Shown: in pieces, positions 1 through 9,304 of the stretch
How positions within the stretch are numbered: the first letter of the stretch is position 1
Layout of the letters: each line of letters starts with the position of its first letter
Source: a virus
Taxonomy: Duplodnaviria; Caudoviricetes
Reading direction: 5' to 3' (one strand)
IMG/VR virus record: IMGVR_UViG_3300026549_000029
Coordinates: 192,001 to 256,000 of that record
DNA: 64,000 nucleotides
The notes under the pieces: model-generated
Seen by the model: only the letters and a program-made list of their open reading frames with translations
Databases searched by the model: none
Told to the model about the DNA's origin: nothing
Position numbers and translations under genes: made by a program

Positions 1-1171
1 GGAAAGCTTTCATTGTTCTATTTTTGTAAATTGAGAATACTTGCATCAGAGTAAGTCCTACATTCTTGATACCTAATTTATAATAGAAATTACCAGCACA
101 AGCATTACATGGCTTTTCATGAGGGCAAAGAAATGCCATTCTCATTTTTACTTTTTTACCAATATACTTTTCAGCATTCTGAGAATTAAGTTCTATTAAT
201 TTACCATTAGGACCAATAATATTATTATAGATATATCTATTAAGATTCTTTTTAGTTATTACATCTTCAATACATCTAGTAGTACCACAATCAGTACCAG
301 GCTCATCAAGAATTAAATCTTGATAAGCAGATGTAGTAAGATTCTCTAGATAGCCACCATGCTCTGTTTTCTTACCTCTAGAATATGCTCCTTCTATTCC
401 AGAATTAGAATATAATCCATATTCTTCTCTCCTAACACCATCTGCATAATTAGAAGTAGCAATTCTAAATTCCTGTTTAGATTCTGGGTTAGGATCTCTA
501 GTAGCACCTTTCCAAACAAAGAGATTCTTAAAATGGTTATCAATATTTGATCTTGCACCTGATAAGAAAGAATCTAATGAAGGATCATCTTTAAGAGTCT
601 CTAATGCATAATTTAATAATTCATCCTCTATTTGCTTAGCAATAACAGTATCACCTTCATCTAATTCTTTTTTATATTTTTTAATTAATTCATCTTTCTT
701 TTTATCTACAACTTTAGTTATAGTTAAGATAGCTTCATTATAATTAGGGGATAATACTGTAACAAATTGCATGGCAAGCTGAGTTTTCATTAGAAATTTC
801 TTAAGAGCTTCTACATCTATTCTATCTTCCATTAAAGCATATGATAATTGCTGATTTATTTCATCTAATTGCTTACCATTAATAGTTTTATTAATATACC
901 CAAATAAATCAAATAAATCAGGTTCTATCATCCATTTATTAAAAATCCATATTCCTACTGTAGTAGTAAAAGCATTTTTATTTTTGTGCTTTTCGGGGCC
1001 ATAAAATCCAGGTGGTATATCTATAATATCATAGGGGTTGCATTTAGCAACCCCATCATATTCTCCAAAAAGATCATATATAAAAGAGGATTTTATATCT
1101 TCTTCTTTAAGGTTGATTAAAGTATTCTTTAATTCACCATCTGTAATTTTCTTTGATATCCTCTTAGCCAT
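1..1171 (-). CDS. Phage multisubunit RNA polymerase beta'-like subunit, C-terminal part (runs off window edge; missing from ORF track)
   Basis: My translation from ATG at 1171 (SD GGAGGTG upstream) begins MAKRISKKITDGEL. It contains bridge-helix-like GAYSRGKKTEHGGYL, then DCGT, the Zn cluster MRMAFLCPHEKPCNACAG, and trigger-loop-like NRTMKAF at the edge (cf. RpoC TMRTFH). Confidence 0.9.
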   Translation of the reverse strand, partial: MAKRISKKITDGELKNTLINLKEEDIKSSFIYDLFGEYDGVAKCNPYDIIDIPPGFYGPEKHKNKNAFTTTVGIWIFNKWMIEPDLFDLFGYINKTINGKQLDEINQQLSYALMEDRIDVEALKKFLMKTQLAMQFVTVLSPNYNEAILTITKVVDKKKDELIKKYKKELDEGDTVIAKQIEDELLNYALETLKDDPSLDSFLSGARSNIDNHFKNLFVWKGATRDPNPESKQEFRIATSNYADGVRREEYGLYSNSGIEGAYSRGKKTEHGGYLENLTTSAYQDLILDEPGTDCGTTRCIEDVITKKNLNRYIYNNIIGPNGKLIELNSQNAEKYIGKKVKMRMAFLCPHEKPCNACAGNFYYKLGIKNVGLTLMQVFSIYKNRTMKAF

Positions 1172-1195
1172 TTACATCCACCTCCTAATAGTAGA

Positions 1196-2017
1196 TTAGA
1201 AGTAGATATGATAAGTAATATCAATTCCCTTCGTGAGATCAATAAGAGCTTCATTAGGAATATTGAGCTGAGTAAGAGGAATAATATCCTGATACCACTT
1301 ATATCCAGCACCAGAAACATACCAAGCAGTAAGAATAGAGATAGAGTTAATTCTTGCATCATTAATAGAAGAGGTAGCTCTAAAATAATCTCTAAAATCA
1401 TCCTTAGTAATTCTAAGATTAAACTCTACAAAAGTTTCTGCATCAGAAGTATTCTGAGAATCATAAAGAGTAGCATCAATAGGAGTCTCATCTACATATC
1501 TCATATAAAGAGTTGGTTCTGATTCAAAAGCTTTGAAGTAATAAGCAATTCTATTTGCTTCAGCAATAGTTTTTCTTCCAAAATAAATTTCTCTCTCTGC
1601 ATCGGTCAAATCATTCTGAATAAGCTGATATCTAAACGGAACAAGATCTCCAGCAGGTTTAATTCTGTTAGTATACTGTACAGGATATACCTGAGAATTT
1701 TCAGCACCACAACCTTGAGTACCACAGCAGAAAAGACAAGCTTTAGGAATATTATCAGGATTGGAACCATGTTCAGAAGAATTCTCAAGATCAAGAGATT
1801 CATTATAAGTAGGAAGATGTACAAGTTCAGGAAGATCAAATACTTTCTGAGCAACAAATTGCGAACCAGCAATAACTACTTTATTATGAAGAGTAAGAAC
1901 AGGCTCGCCTGTATCAATATTTTTAAAAATAACTTCACCTTTAAGCCAAGTTTTCTTGAGGTTCACATCATCATTCGATTTAGCAAAATCGAATAATGTA
2001 ATATCTTTATTAGGCAT
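1196..2017 (-). CDS. Virion structural protein, probable baseplate component
   Basis: 273 aa with a KGEVIF...HNKVVIAG N-terminus typical of myophage baseplate/tail proteins. Has an SD and a late-type promoter, and lies next to the 1153-aa structural gene. Confidence 0.6.
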   Translation of the reverse strand: MPNKDITLFDFAKSNDDVNLKKTWLKGEVIFKNIDTGEPVLTLHNKVVIAGSQFVAQKVFDLPELVHLPTYNESLDLENSSEHGSNPDNIPKACLFCCGTQGCGAENSQVYPVQYTNRIKPAGDLVPFRYQLIQNDLTDAEREIYFGRKTIAEANRIAYYFKAFESEPTLYMRYVDETPIDATLYDSQNTSDAETFVEFNLRITKDDFRDYFRATSSINDARINSISILTAWYVSGAGYKWYQDIIPLTQLNIPNEALIDLTKGIDITYHIYF

Positions 2018-2050
2018 TATAATTAACCTCCCATAATATGTTAACGTAAT

Positions 2051-2062
2051 TAATTGAATGTT
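2051..2062 (-). promoter_or_regulatory. Putative late promoter AACA-N6-TA
   Basis: AACATTCAATTA on the minus strand upstream of the structural gene; matches the AR9 late consensus. Confidence 0.6.
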
Positions 2063-2076
2063 CAGCTAATAAGCTA

Positions 2077-5000
2077 TTATGTATCTATAAATACATGAGC
2101 AGGAAATTCCTGAGTAATAATAGTATAACAGTTATCATAAAGTCTATATGAAGGTTCATAGAGACTTATATTATTACTTATATTCATTATAGATTCTCTA
2201 AGATTTAAAGCATAATTAAGATTAAGAGTAGATATTTTATTTAATGTATCTTTTATATTAGTAATTCTACGATATTTAGTGATAGGTTCAAATACTATAG
2301 AATTACAATATGGACAAGTAGTTGTATTAGATTCTATTTCTTTCCCACAATTAGGGCAGAAATATTTAGTACAACAAATTTCTCCATCATCTAAAGAGAG
2401 ATTCACTAATATTAAACAAGTATCTGCTATCCATTCATTAATATATTCTACTAAATACTTAGTTTCAGTCATACTATCAATAGCTTCTTCTATATTAATA
2501 TTATCTGAATATGTAATATCTACAAGCATATGTAATATAGCATCAACAGCATAAATTTCTAATTGTCTTATATAATGATTATCTGGATTGAATACATCAT
2601 CTTTAAAATAATATGTACTTCTTACATCAGCATAATCTTTAATAGCTTTATTAAAATGGGCATATTTATCAAAAGTAATAGGAACTTTATTTTCTACCCC
2701 ACAATTAGGACATACTGTATCAGAAGCACTTAATTCTGCTCCACATTGAGGGCAATAATAAATAAATTTATGTTTTCCATTATTCTCTAAAGCATTTCTA
2801 TTATTTTCATAATATTCAGAATAATTCTTTCTAAGCCACCAATCCATACTAAACCATACTTTATCTATAAGCTTAGCTCTTTCTTCTTTAGAAAGATTGA
2901 TATTAGCATTAGAAATATAATCTTCAATCTTAATAATATCAGCTTTATCAAATAAGTATTTAATTAATATATGATCTATTAATTGTATATATTGATCGAA
3001 CTTATCATCTATTACATAAATAATGGAAGACTGATGCGTAAATATTTTAAATGATTTGAAGAAGTCTATTACTTCCTCTATATAAGATTTAACAAATTCT
3101 AATGATACAGAAGGTAAACCAGAGAATACATCATCCATATATACTTCTGTCTTATCTTCATCTATATAATCTTTAATATATCCAATAATTTGTTGAATAG
3201 CATTTATACAAGTTTCTTGTCTCTTAGCTTCATCATCAATAGCAGCAACTTGTACTAAGAATTTATAAACATTTCCATCATTATATCTCATAAATTCTGT
3301 ATAAGTACTAGCCATTCTAGCAGTTGCATTTAAAGAAACAAAATCTTCATCTTCTGGATCATAAATATAAAGATCAAATAAATGAGTTTCATCAAAATCA
3401 TCTCTCATTTCAAAATATAAAGTATTTTCATCACAAGTACTAGTAAGACATTTCATATCATATTCATAGACATCAGGGTTCTGATAATTCTCTGGTCTAG
3501 GAATATTAATGAATTTAGTAGTATATCCATTAGCTTTATATGTATCTACTACATCATTATCTCCTACTAAGAAATACTCCATATTTCTATTCATAATAAA
3601 TAAAGTTTTATATAAATATCTATAAGCATCATATACTTCTTTACTAGGAGGATTAGCCATAACTTCTAATACATGTTTATAGATATCTCTGTTATTTAAA
3701 AATATAGCTCTTAATTCTTCAAAACTATATATCTTTTCATCTGGAATAGTAAATCCAGGTCTTTCTACAGCATCATGCCCATATGACAATTCTTCTAAAG
3801 TTAATCCTCTATGATTTTCATGCAAATACTGTGCTATAGTAGCAAAATCTGCTTCCATATTAAATCCTAGTATTTCTGCTACTTTAGACCTACTATCTAA
3901 AATAGTATCTTCTACTCCATAATAGATATATCCAAGAGAATATAATGCTAAAATAGCATTTACTAATTCTACTTTCTTAGTAGTAGATATATTAGGTAAG
4001 CTAATTCTTAAAGCAGATTTATCTATTTTATTATACATAAGAATATTCATAAAATAGACAAGAGAGAAATTTCTTTGTGCTAAATCTATAACAGCTTCTA
4101 TAGTATAATATTTAGATCTTAATATTGTAAAATCTAAATCTTTAACTCCAGATTTTACAGTATCATAAGTTTTATCACCAACCCAATAAGCATCAGGTAC
4201 AGTAAGCTCATCATATTCTAAAATATTAGAATCTTTCTTAGCATAATTATCATAAATTTGATCTAAAAGAGGAACTTTAATAAACTTAATATCATAATTA
4301 GAATCATTATCTGTTACTATATCTTTAGTTCCATCTTCATTAGTAATTACTTTAGTATTACTATAATAATCTAAATCGTCTGGATTATTTACATTATGAT
4401 CTTTTAAAATATAATATTTAAAAGCATTTATATTTCTAAATCCAAATATTGATATAATATCTACAATACATTTATCTGTAGATTTAAATTTAATCAATTT
4501 ATTAAGATTCTTTACAAGAGAAATTTGATATCTAAGAGGAATATCATTAAAATATTTAACCCCATTAGATTCGAAAATATATTTACAGGTTCTTGTATCA
4601 AATACATCTCTTCTAATTAAATATTCTGGTAATTCTACTATCATATCAATAATAGTTTGAATAATAAGAAATACCATCATAAAATTATCATAATAATCAG
4701 ATCTATATTTATAAGCTTCAGAATATACTGTATAAAGTAAATATAATCTATTAGCTTCTAATAAATCTTTATATCTTGTTCTTACCTCATCTGAATCACA
4801 AGAAGGACAATAAAGCATAGCAAACTTCTCTGCTACCCTAGCATCATAATAATCTACTTGCCTATCGCCCATATGAAGTAAATAAATTACATCATCTTTT
4901 GTTAATTCATTAGAAATTAGCCAAGATTCATTATTTACAATATTTTCTAATGTACCATTAGAATCAAGAATAATCTGCTTAGATAATGATAATTCATGAA

Positions 5001-5538
5001 TTAATTTATAATCTGAAATTAGATTACCATAACTATCATATTCTTCTTTATAAGTTATAGAAACATGATCAATAGAAGTAGGAATCTCTTCATCTATATA
5101 ATTATTATCTATCCAAAGACCTTCCCAGACTCCTGTCTCATCATAATTAGGTTCTCCATGAAGCATTCTATAATAATTATTATATTCTATATAATTATTC
5201 AAGAATAGTTCTTCAGCCATATTATATAACTGAGTCCTAATATCTCCTTTAGGGATCTTATCATTATCTGCAGCATATTCAATAATTTGATCCTCTGTTA
5301 ATCCAGAGATTTGTCTTAATAAAGTTTCATCATAATGAAAGTAATTAAAATTAGAATGGCCTCTCTTAATACTTATTAAAACATCTCCAGCTCTAATAGA
5401 TTCTAATGTTTCTGCATTATTAGCTCTATCTATATCTTTTAATATAGTACCAGTAGCTAATTGTCTAGCATTATAGATAATTTCATCTAATAATGGATTT
5501 TCAGTAAAAACTTTACTAGCTAAAGTTACTTTTTCCAT
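2077..5538 (-). CDS. Large virion structural protein (probable baseplate) with two zinc-ribbon inserts
   Basis: 1153 aa. The EYNNYYRMLHG motif resembles jumbo-phage structural proteins. CPQCG-x9-CPNCG and CPNCG-x9-CPYC lie near the C-terminus. GACA-N6-TA at 5565-5576. Confidence 0.6.
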   Translation of the reverse strand: MEKVTLASKVFTENPLLDEIIYNARQLATGTILKDIDRANNAETLESIRAGDVLISIKRGHSNFNYFHYDETLLRQISGLTEDQIIEYAADNDKIPKGDIRTQLYNMAEELFLNNYIEYNNYYRMLHGEPNYDETGVWEGLWIDNNYIDEEIPTSIDHVSITYKEEYDSYGNLISDYKLIHELSLSKQIILDSNGTLENIVNNESWLISNELTKDDVIYLLHMGDRQVDYYDARVAEKFAMLYCPSCDSDEVRTRYKDLLEANRLYLLYTVYSEAYKYRSDYYDNFMMVFLIIQTIIDMIVELPEYLIRRDVFDTRTCKYIFESNGVKYFNDIPLRYQISLVKNLNKLIKFKSTDKCIVDIISIFGFRNINAFKYYILKDHNVNNPDDLDYYSNTKVITNEDGTKDIVTDNDSNYDIKFIKVPLLDQIYDNYAKKDSNILEYDELTVPDAYWVGDKTYDTVKSGVKDLDFTILRSKYYTIEAVIDLAQRNFSLVYFMNILMYNKIDKSALRISLPNISTTKKVELVNAILALYSLGYIYYGVEDTILDSRSKVAEILGFNMEADFATIAQYLHENHRGLTLEELSYGHDAVERPGFTIPDEKIYSFEELRAIFLNNRDIYKHVLEVMANPPSKEVYDAYRYLYKTLFIMNRNMEYFLVGDNDVVDTYKANGYTTKFINIPRPENYQNPDVYEYDMKCLTSTCDENTLYFEMRDDFDETHLFDLYIYDPEDEDFVSLNATARMASTYTEFMRYNDGNVYKFLVQVAAIDDEAKRQETCINAIQQIIGYIKDYIDEDKTEVYMDDVFSGLPSVSLEFVKSYIEEVIDFFKSFKIFTHQSSIIYVIDDKFDQYIQLIDHILIKYLFDKADIIKIEDYISNANINLSKEERAKLIDKVWFSMDWWLRKNYSEYYENNRNALENNGKHKFIYYCPQCGAELSASDTVCPNCGVENKVPITFDKYAHFNKAIKDYADVRSTYYFKDDVFNPDNHYIRQLEIYAVDAILHMLVDITYSDNINIEEAIDSMTETKYLVEYINEWIADTCLILVNLSLDDGEICCTKYFCPNCGKEIESNTTTCPYCNSIVFEPITKYRRITNIKDTLNKISTLNLNYALNLRESIMNISNNISLYEPSYRLYDNCYTIITQEFPAHVFIDT

Positions 5539-5581
5539 CTATTCCTCCAATACACAAGGACTATTACATAGATGTCAATTA

Positions 5582-6337
5582 TTATACTTCTTCATTTTTA
5601 TTAATATTATCTTCACAACTTAAAATATCATTATAGGAATAGGTTTCACCTTCTTCAGTAATTATTATTTTTGGATATTTTGTTTTTATTATAATTTTTT
5701 TAGAAGAATATAATTTTTTGGGTCTATGATGTGAATTAATATTTATATCGCTATGAGTATTTATATAATATTCTTTTCCAATTTCACAAAAGAAATCTCT
5801 AAAGATTTTAATATTAATACTTCTAATAGGTTTCTTAAATAAATTTTCATAATTAATACTAGTATTTACATAATTTTCAATTATTGCTCTTACAAGCTCT
5901 TCTGATTCTTCATATCCTTTAGCAATATCAGAAATGTCATAACTACAATCCATATATATTTTTATTACATCATAATCTTTCATGTCAGATATACGAGAAT
6001 GAAATTCTTTTAATCTTTTTTCTAATTCTTTTTTTCTTCTCTTCTGAATTATTGTATTAAGATGAGGTCTAATACTCTCTATACTACGTCCTGTTATATT
6101 AGATATATCAAATAAAGTTTTACCTTTTTTATATAATTCTTTAAAATATTTTGATTCTTCTTCATCAATAGGAATCTTAATATCACTTTCAAGAATAATA
6201 CATTTTCTTATTGTACTTTTTAAAAATCCTGTTGATATTGCAATTTCTTCTAATGATTTTTTTTCCTTATACATTTTAATTATAGTTTCAATTTCTTTTT
6301 CATTAGGTTCTCTAAAAGTTCTTTTTTCTCTTGGCAT
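5582..6337 (-). CDS. Multi-helix-turn-helix DNA-binding protein
   Basis: Three HTH-like repeats: SLEEIAISTGFLKSTIRK, TLFDISNITGRSIESIR, DISDIAKGYEESEELVR. Confidence 0.65.
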   Translation of the reverse strand: MPREKRTFREPNEKEIETIIKMYKEKKSLEEIAISTGFLKSTIRKCIILESDIKIPIDEEESKYFKELYKKGKTLFDISNITGRSIESIRPHLNTIIQKRRKKELEKRLKEFHSRISDMKDYDVIKIYMDCSYDISDIAKGYEESEELVRAIIENYVNTSINYENLFKKPIRSINIKIFRDFFCEIGKEYYINTHSDININSHHRPKKLYSSKKIIIKTKYPKIIITEEGETYSYNDILSCEDNINKNEEV

Positions 6338-6445
6338 TTTATTATTTTTCTCCTTTAATAAAATAAAAAATATAATTATTTAATTTTAAGTAGTAAAAGT
6401 AGAGAATATTTACTTTTTAATAATTATAATAGGAGATATATAAAA

Positions 6446-7324
6446 ATGAATGATTTAACATTAAATGAATCTACCAAAATAGCAGATAAAAAAGATATAG
6501 ATGTATATATGGCAAGAGAATTTATAAATCCTAATACACCTATAGCTACATTATATTTTTCAATAGCTCCATATCCATTACAGTTTTATCAAACTAGAGA
6601 AACATTAGCTGATGTAGATACATATAAAAGATTTATAGATAATTGTATTCATAGATTTAGAAAGTCTAGAGCATATAAAGGATATAAAGCATATCTGATG
6701 AGTATGGGTTTAGATAGATGCCAAATAAATGGAAATATACAAGATGGTATGGCTGATATAGAAATGCATCATAACTTCTTAACAATATATGATATTACTA
6801 TATTAATTTCTCAGCATATATTAAATACAGTGGGAAGATGTACTACCTTTGATATTATAAATTTATTAATTCAAGAACATAGAGAAAATAATATACCCAT
6901 AGTTATGCTATCTGAAACAGCACATCAGTTATATCATGCTAATCCAGATATGTATATACCAATTAATATGTGCTTTGGAAATTGGGTTTTATTATTAAAG
7001 AAATATAGTTATGGTATTACAATGGATATAGCATATAAAGTAGTAAGATATATAGAAAAATGCCAAAAAAATAATGAACTTACAGAATTACCATATTACC
7101 AACTTTCAAATACTATTAGATCTTGGGGAGATTATAATGAATATAACTTATACAACAGCAATTATACTAATTTTAGTAATTTCAACAATACTTCTAATGG
7201 CTATATTAATGGTAATTTCTATGAAGTTAACCAATTATCAAAAAATGATAATAAGCATCTCAGAAATAGTCAAGGAACGGGACAAATTTATACAGAAGAG
7301 CAATTATTCGGTTCAGGACTCTAG
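6446..7324 (+). CDS. Phage protein with His-rich, HNH-like motif (paralog of 25813..26646)
   Basis: DRCQING...IEMHH...QEH...LSETAHQLYH. SD AGGAG; TACT-N6-TA at 6411-6422. Confidence 0.6.
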   Translation: MNDLTLNESTKIADKKDIDVYMAREFINPNTPIATLYFSIAPYPLQFYQTRETLADVDTYKRFIDNCIHRFRKSRAYKGYKAYLMSMGLDRCQINGNIQDGMADIEMHHNFLTIYDITILISQHILNTVGRCTTFDIINLLIQEHRENNIPIVMLSETAHQLYHANPDMYIPINMCFGNWVLLLKKYSYGITMDIAYKVVRYIEKCQKNNELTELPYYQLSNTIRSWGDYNEYNLYNSNYTNFSNFNNTSNGYINGNFYEVNQLSKNDNKHLRNSQGTGQIYTEEQLFGSGL

Positions 7325-7637
7325 AGCCTTAATGGATTATCTGGTAAAGCAGTCATTAATGGAATGGCAGATATATAATATAGATCCTTCTAGTGAAAAT
7401 TATATGAATGAACAAAATATGGAAGCTGCTATTCAATATATAATGAAAAAAATAATGTTAGAAATGACAGATACTATTAAATTAAAATTATCTATAGGAT
7501 ATCCATTTGAGACAGAAGAAGAGATGTTAGAGAGTATTAAGAATAGAGCTAAATTAGAAGTGTTAAATTATAGTATTCAACAGAATTCTGACTCTGATAC
7601 TGCTAATGTAGGATTAAAAAATATTAATACTTTTTAA
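7137..7637 (+). CDS. Membrane-anchored hypothetical protein overlapping the upstream gene by 188 nt
   Basis: The ATG at 7137 follows SD GGGGAG (7125-7130), a better start than 7074. N-terminal TM helix AIILILVISTILLMAILMVI. Confidence 0.7.
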   Translation: MNITYTTAIILILVISTILLMAILMVISMKLTNYQKMIISISEIVKERDKFIQKSNYSVQDSRALMDYLVKQSLMEWQIYNIDPSSENYMNEQNMEAAIQYIMKKIMLEMTDTIKLKLSIGYPFETEEEMLESIKNRAKLEVLNYSIQQNSDSDTANVGLKNINTF

Positions 7638-7671
7638 AAAATAAAGAGAGGAGTCATCCTCTCTTTATTTT
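7638..7671. terminator. Bidirectional intrinsic terminator
   Basis: AAAATAAAGAGAGGA-gtca-TCCTCTCTTTATTTT between convergent genes. Confidence 0.85.
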
Positions 7672-7678
7672 GTTTTCA

Positions 7679-8086
7679 TTATTCTGGTAATAATAAATAA
7701 TTAGGAGGAGTTTCAGGAAATTGTCTAAACTTATGTCTGCATTCTTCTAATGTAGCAGAACAATTATCTCCACATTCTTCTTCAAACGCTTCAATAAGTT
7801 TCTCCCATCCACCATTATTAAGTATTCTCATAAGAGATTCTTTCATATCTTTAGTCAATTTATTTTTAGTCTCTATAACATATTTAGGTTCATACATAGA
7901 TATATAATATCCATATATCCCTTTTTCCTCTATATCAGGCTCATCTATAAATGGTATATAAAAACATTCTATATCATTTGGCATATGATGAATTACAGCA
8001 AGAGGTGCTATAACATCACCATCTCTATGAAACCATGATGAATTTGTATCACAGTGATAATATCTTTCATATTCAATATTAATCAT
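7679..8086 (-). CDS. Hypothetical protein, possibly DUF4160-like
   Basis: ISMYEPKYV...LTKDMKESL...GWEKLI...PPNYLLL resembles phage DUF4160-like proteins, but the PHxH motif is absent. Confidence 0.45.
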   Translation of the reverse strand: MINIEYERYYHCDTNSSWFHRDGDVIAPLAVIHHMPNDIECFYIPFIDEPDIEEKGIYGYYISMYEPKYVIETKNKLTKDMKESLMRILNNGGWEKLIEAFEEECGDNCSATLEECRHKFRQFPETPPNYLLLPE

Positions 8087-8087
8087 T

Positions 8088-8534
8088 TTATCTATTCTCT
8101 TTCAAATTATTTATGAATATATTAATATCTACTTTCTCTGCACATTTAAGTTTATATCTTTCTCCTGTATCATATATAAAAGCCCAAATTGCATCATATA
8201 CGATCATATTAGAATACTTTTTATTAGTTGAAGGTTTTAATAAAGTATTTATAATCCATTTTAATATAGATGAATTTATATTTAATAAAGGCTTTCCTTC
8301 ATGCGAAATATAATTTCCTGTAATAAGACTAATTCTAGCTACTTTAGTTGCTTTTCTAAAATCTGGTGAATTATAAATTTTAATATATGGATCTAATAAA
8401 AATGATGATTCTCTTCCTTCCCCAATATCAATAGATATAGAATATTTATCATTTGTATTTTTATAAATATAATCTTCTGTAATTACTATTCTTTTATTAT
8501 TTTCTTTAAAATATTTTCCATTAAATAAATCCAT
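8088..8534 (-). CDS. Hypothetical protein, DUF4160-like, with putative head-protein leader
   Basis: GEG...DPYIKIYN...VARISL...YISH. N-terminus MDLFNGKYFKEN is shared with the internal linker of 21061..22437. Confidence 0.5.
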   Translation of the reverse strand: MDLFNGKYFKENNKRIVITEDYIYKNTNDKYSISIDIGEGRESSFLLDPYIKIYNSPDFRKATKVARISLITGNYISHEGKPLLNINSSILKWIINTLLKPSTNKKYSNMIVYDAIWAFIYDTGERYKLKCAEKVDINIFINNLKENR

Positions 8535-8582
8535 AATAAATCTATTCCTTTCTTAATAATATTGATAAATATTATATTATTT

Positions 8583-8599
8583 ATCAATATTATAATATA
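8583..8599 (-). promoter_or_regulatory. Putative early promoter
   Basis: TATATTATAATATTGAT, a 15/17 match to the repeated 17-mer. Confidence 0.65.
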
Positions 8600-8623
8600 T
8601 AATTAAATTATAATTTATTAAAA

Positions 8624-8654
8624 AATAAAGATGCAGTCAAACTGCATCTTTATT
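8624..8654 (-). terminator. Intrinsic terminator
   Basis: 14-bp stem AATAAAGATGCAGT/ACTGCATCTTTATT overlapping the stop codon of 8637..9176. Confidence 0.75.
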
Positions 8655-9176
8655 CACATTAAATTTATCCATTAACCATTTTAAATCTTCTATTTCTTCT
8701 TTGAAAAACTCCTTTCCATCATAAGATGCTTCGACGTATTTCATAAAAATGTTGAAAACATATCTGAATGCATCGTGTAAAAACTTCCATTCGATTGGAT
8801 CTCTAGGATCCTCTTCGAAACTATTAGCAACAGTCATGATCTCATTTTTTACTTTTTCCTTCCATGCAGAATCATTGATGTCAAAACTCTTAAAAGGCCA
8901 AAAGAAGTCTGAATACTTTTTGCCTTTGTATACAGTTATGCAATTTCCGCTGAATGTATCTTCCAGCATTGCCAGAATTCTTACAATTTCAACAGGATCA
9001 TGATTAACAAAATGCAAGATATTTATATCGATTGGAATAAATTTCTCATCCGTATTTTCCATGATGATAAAACAATGATTGGTATCAAGATCAATAACCA
9101 TCTTGATATAGTCAAAGTTATAAGAATCTAACAGGTTCACAAACTGCATAATAGCTCCATTTTTCTTAATTTCCAT
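8637..9176 (-). CDS. Hypothetical protein
   Basis: 179-aa ORF with SD AAGGAG, flanked by terminators. Confidence 0.75.
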   Translation of the reverse strand: MEIKKNGAIMQFVNLLDSYNFDYIKMVIDLDTNHCFIIMENTDEKFIPIDINILHFVNHDPVEIVRILAMLEDTFSGNCITVYKGKKYSDFFWPFKSFDINDSAWKEKVKNEIMTVANSFEEDPRDPIEWKFLHDAFRYVFNIFMKYVEASYDGKEFFKEEIEDLKWLMDKFNVNKDAV

Positions 9177-9270
9177 TTTTATTCTCCTTTTATCCTATTT
9201 CAAAATAAAAATTATTTATTCTTTTATTACAATTTTATATCATCTAATTAAAAATTTTAATTTTTTAAAA

Positions 9271-9304
9271 AAATAAGAAGAGGAATATTATCCTCTTCTT
9301 ATTT
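9271..9304 (-). terminator. Intrinsic terminator
   Basis: AAATAAGAAGAGGA-atatta-TCCTCTTCTTATTT. Confidence 0.75.
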
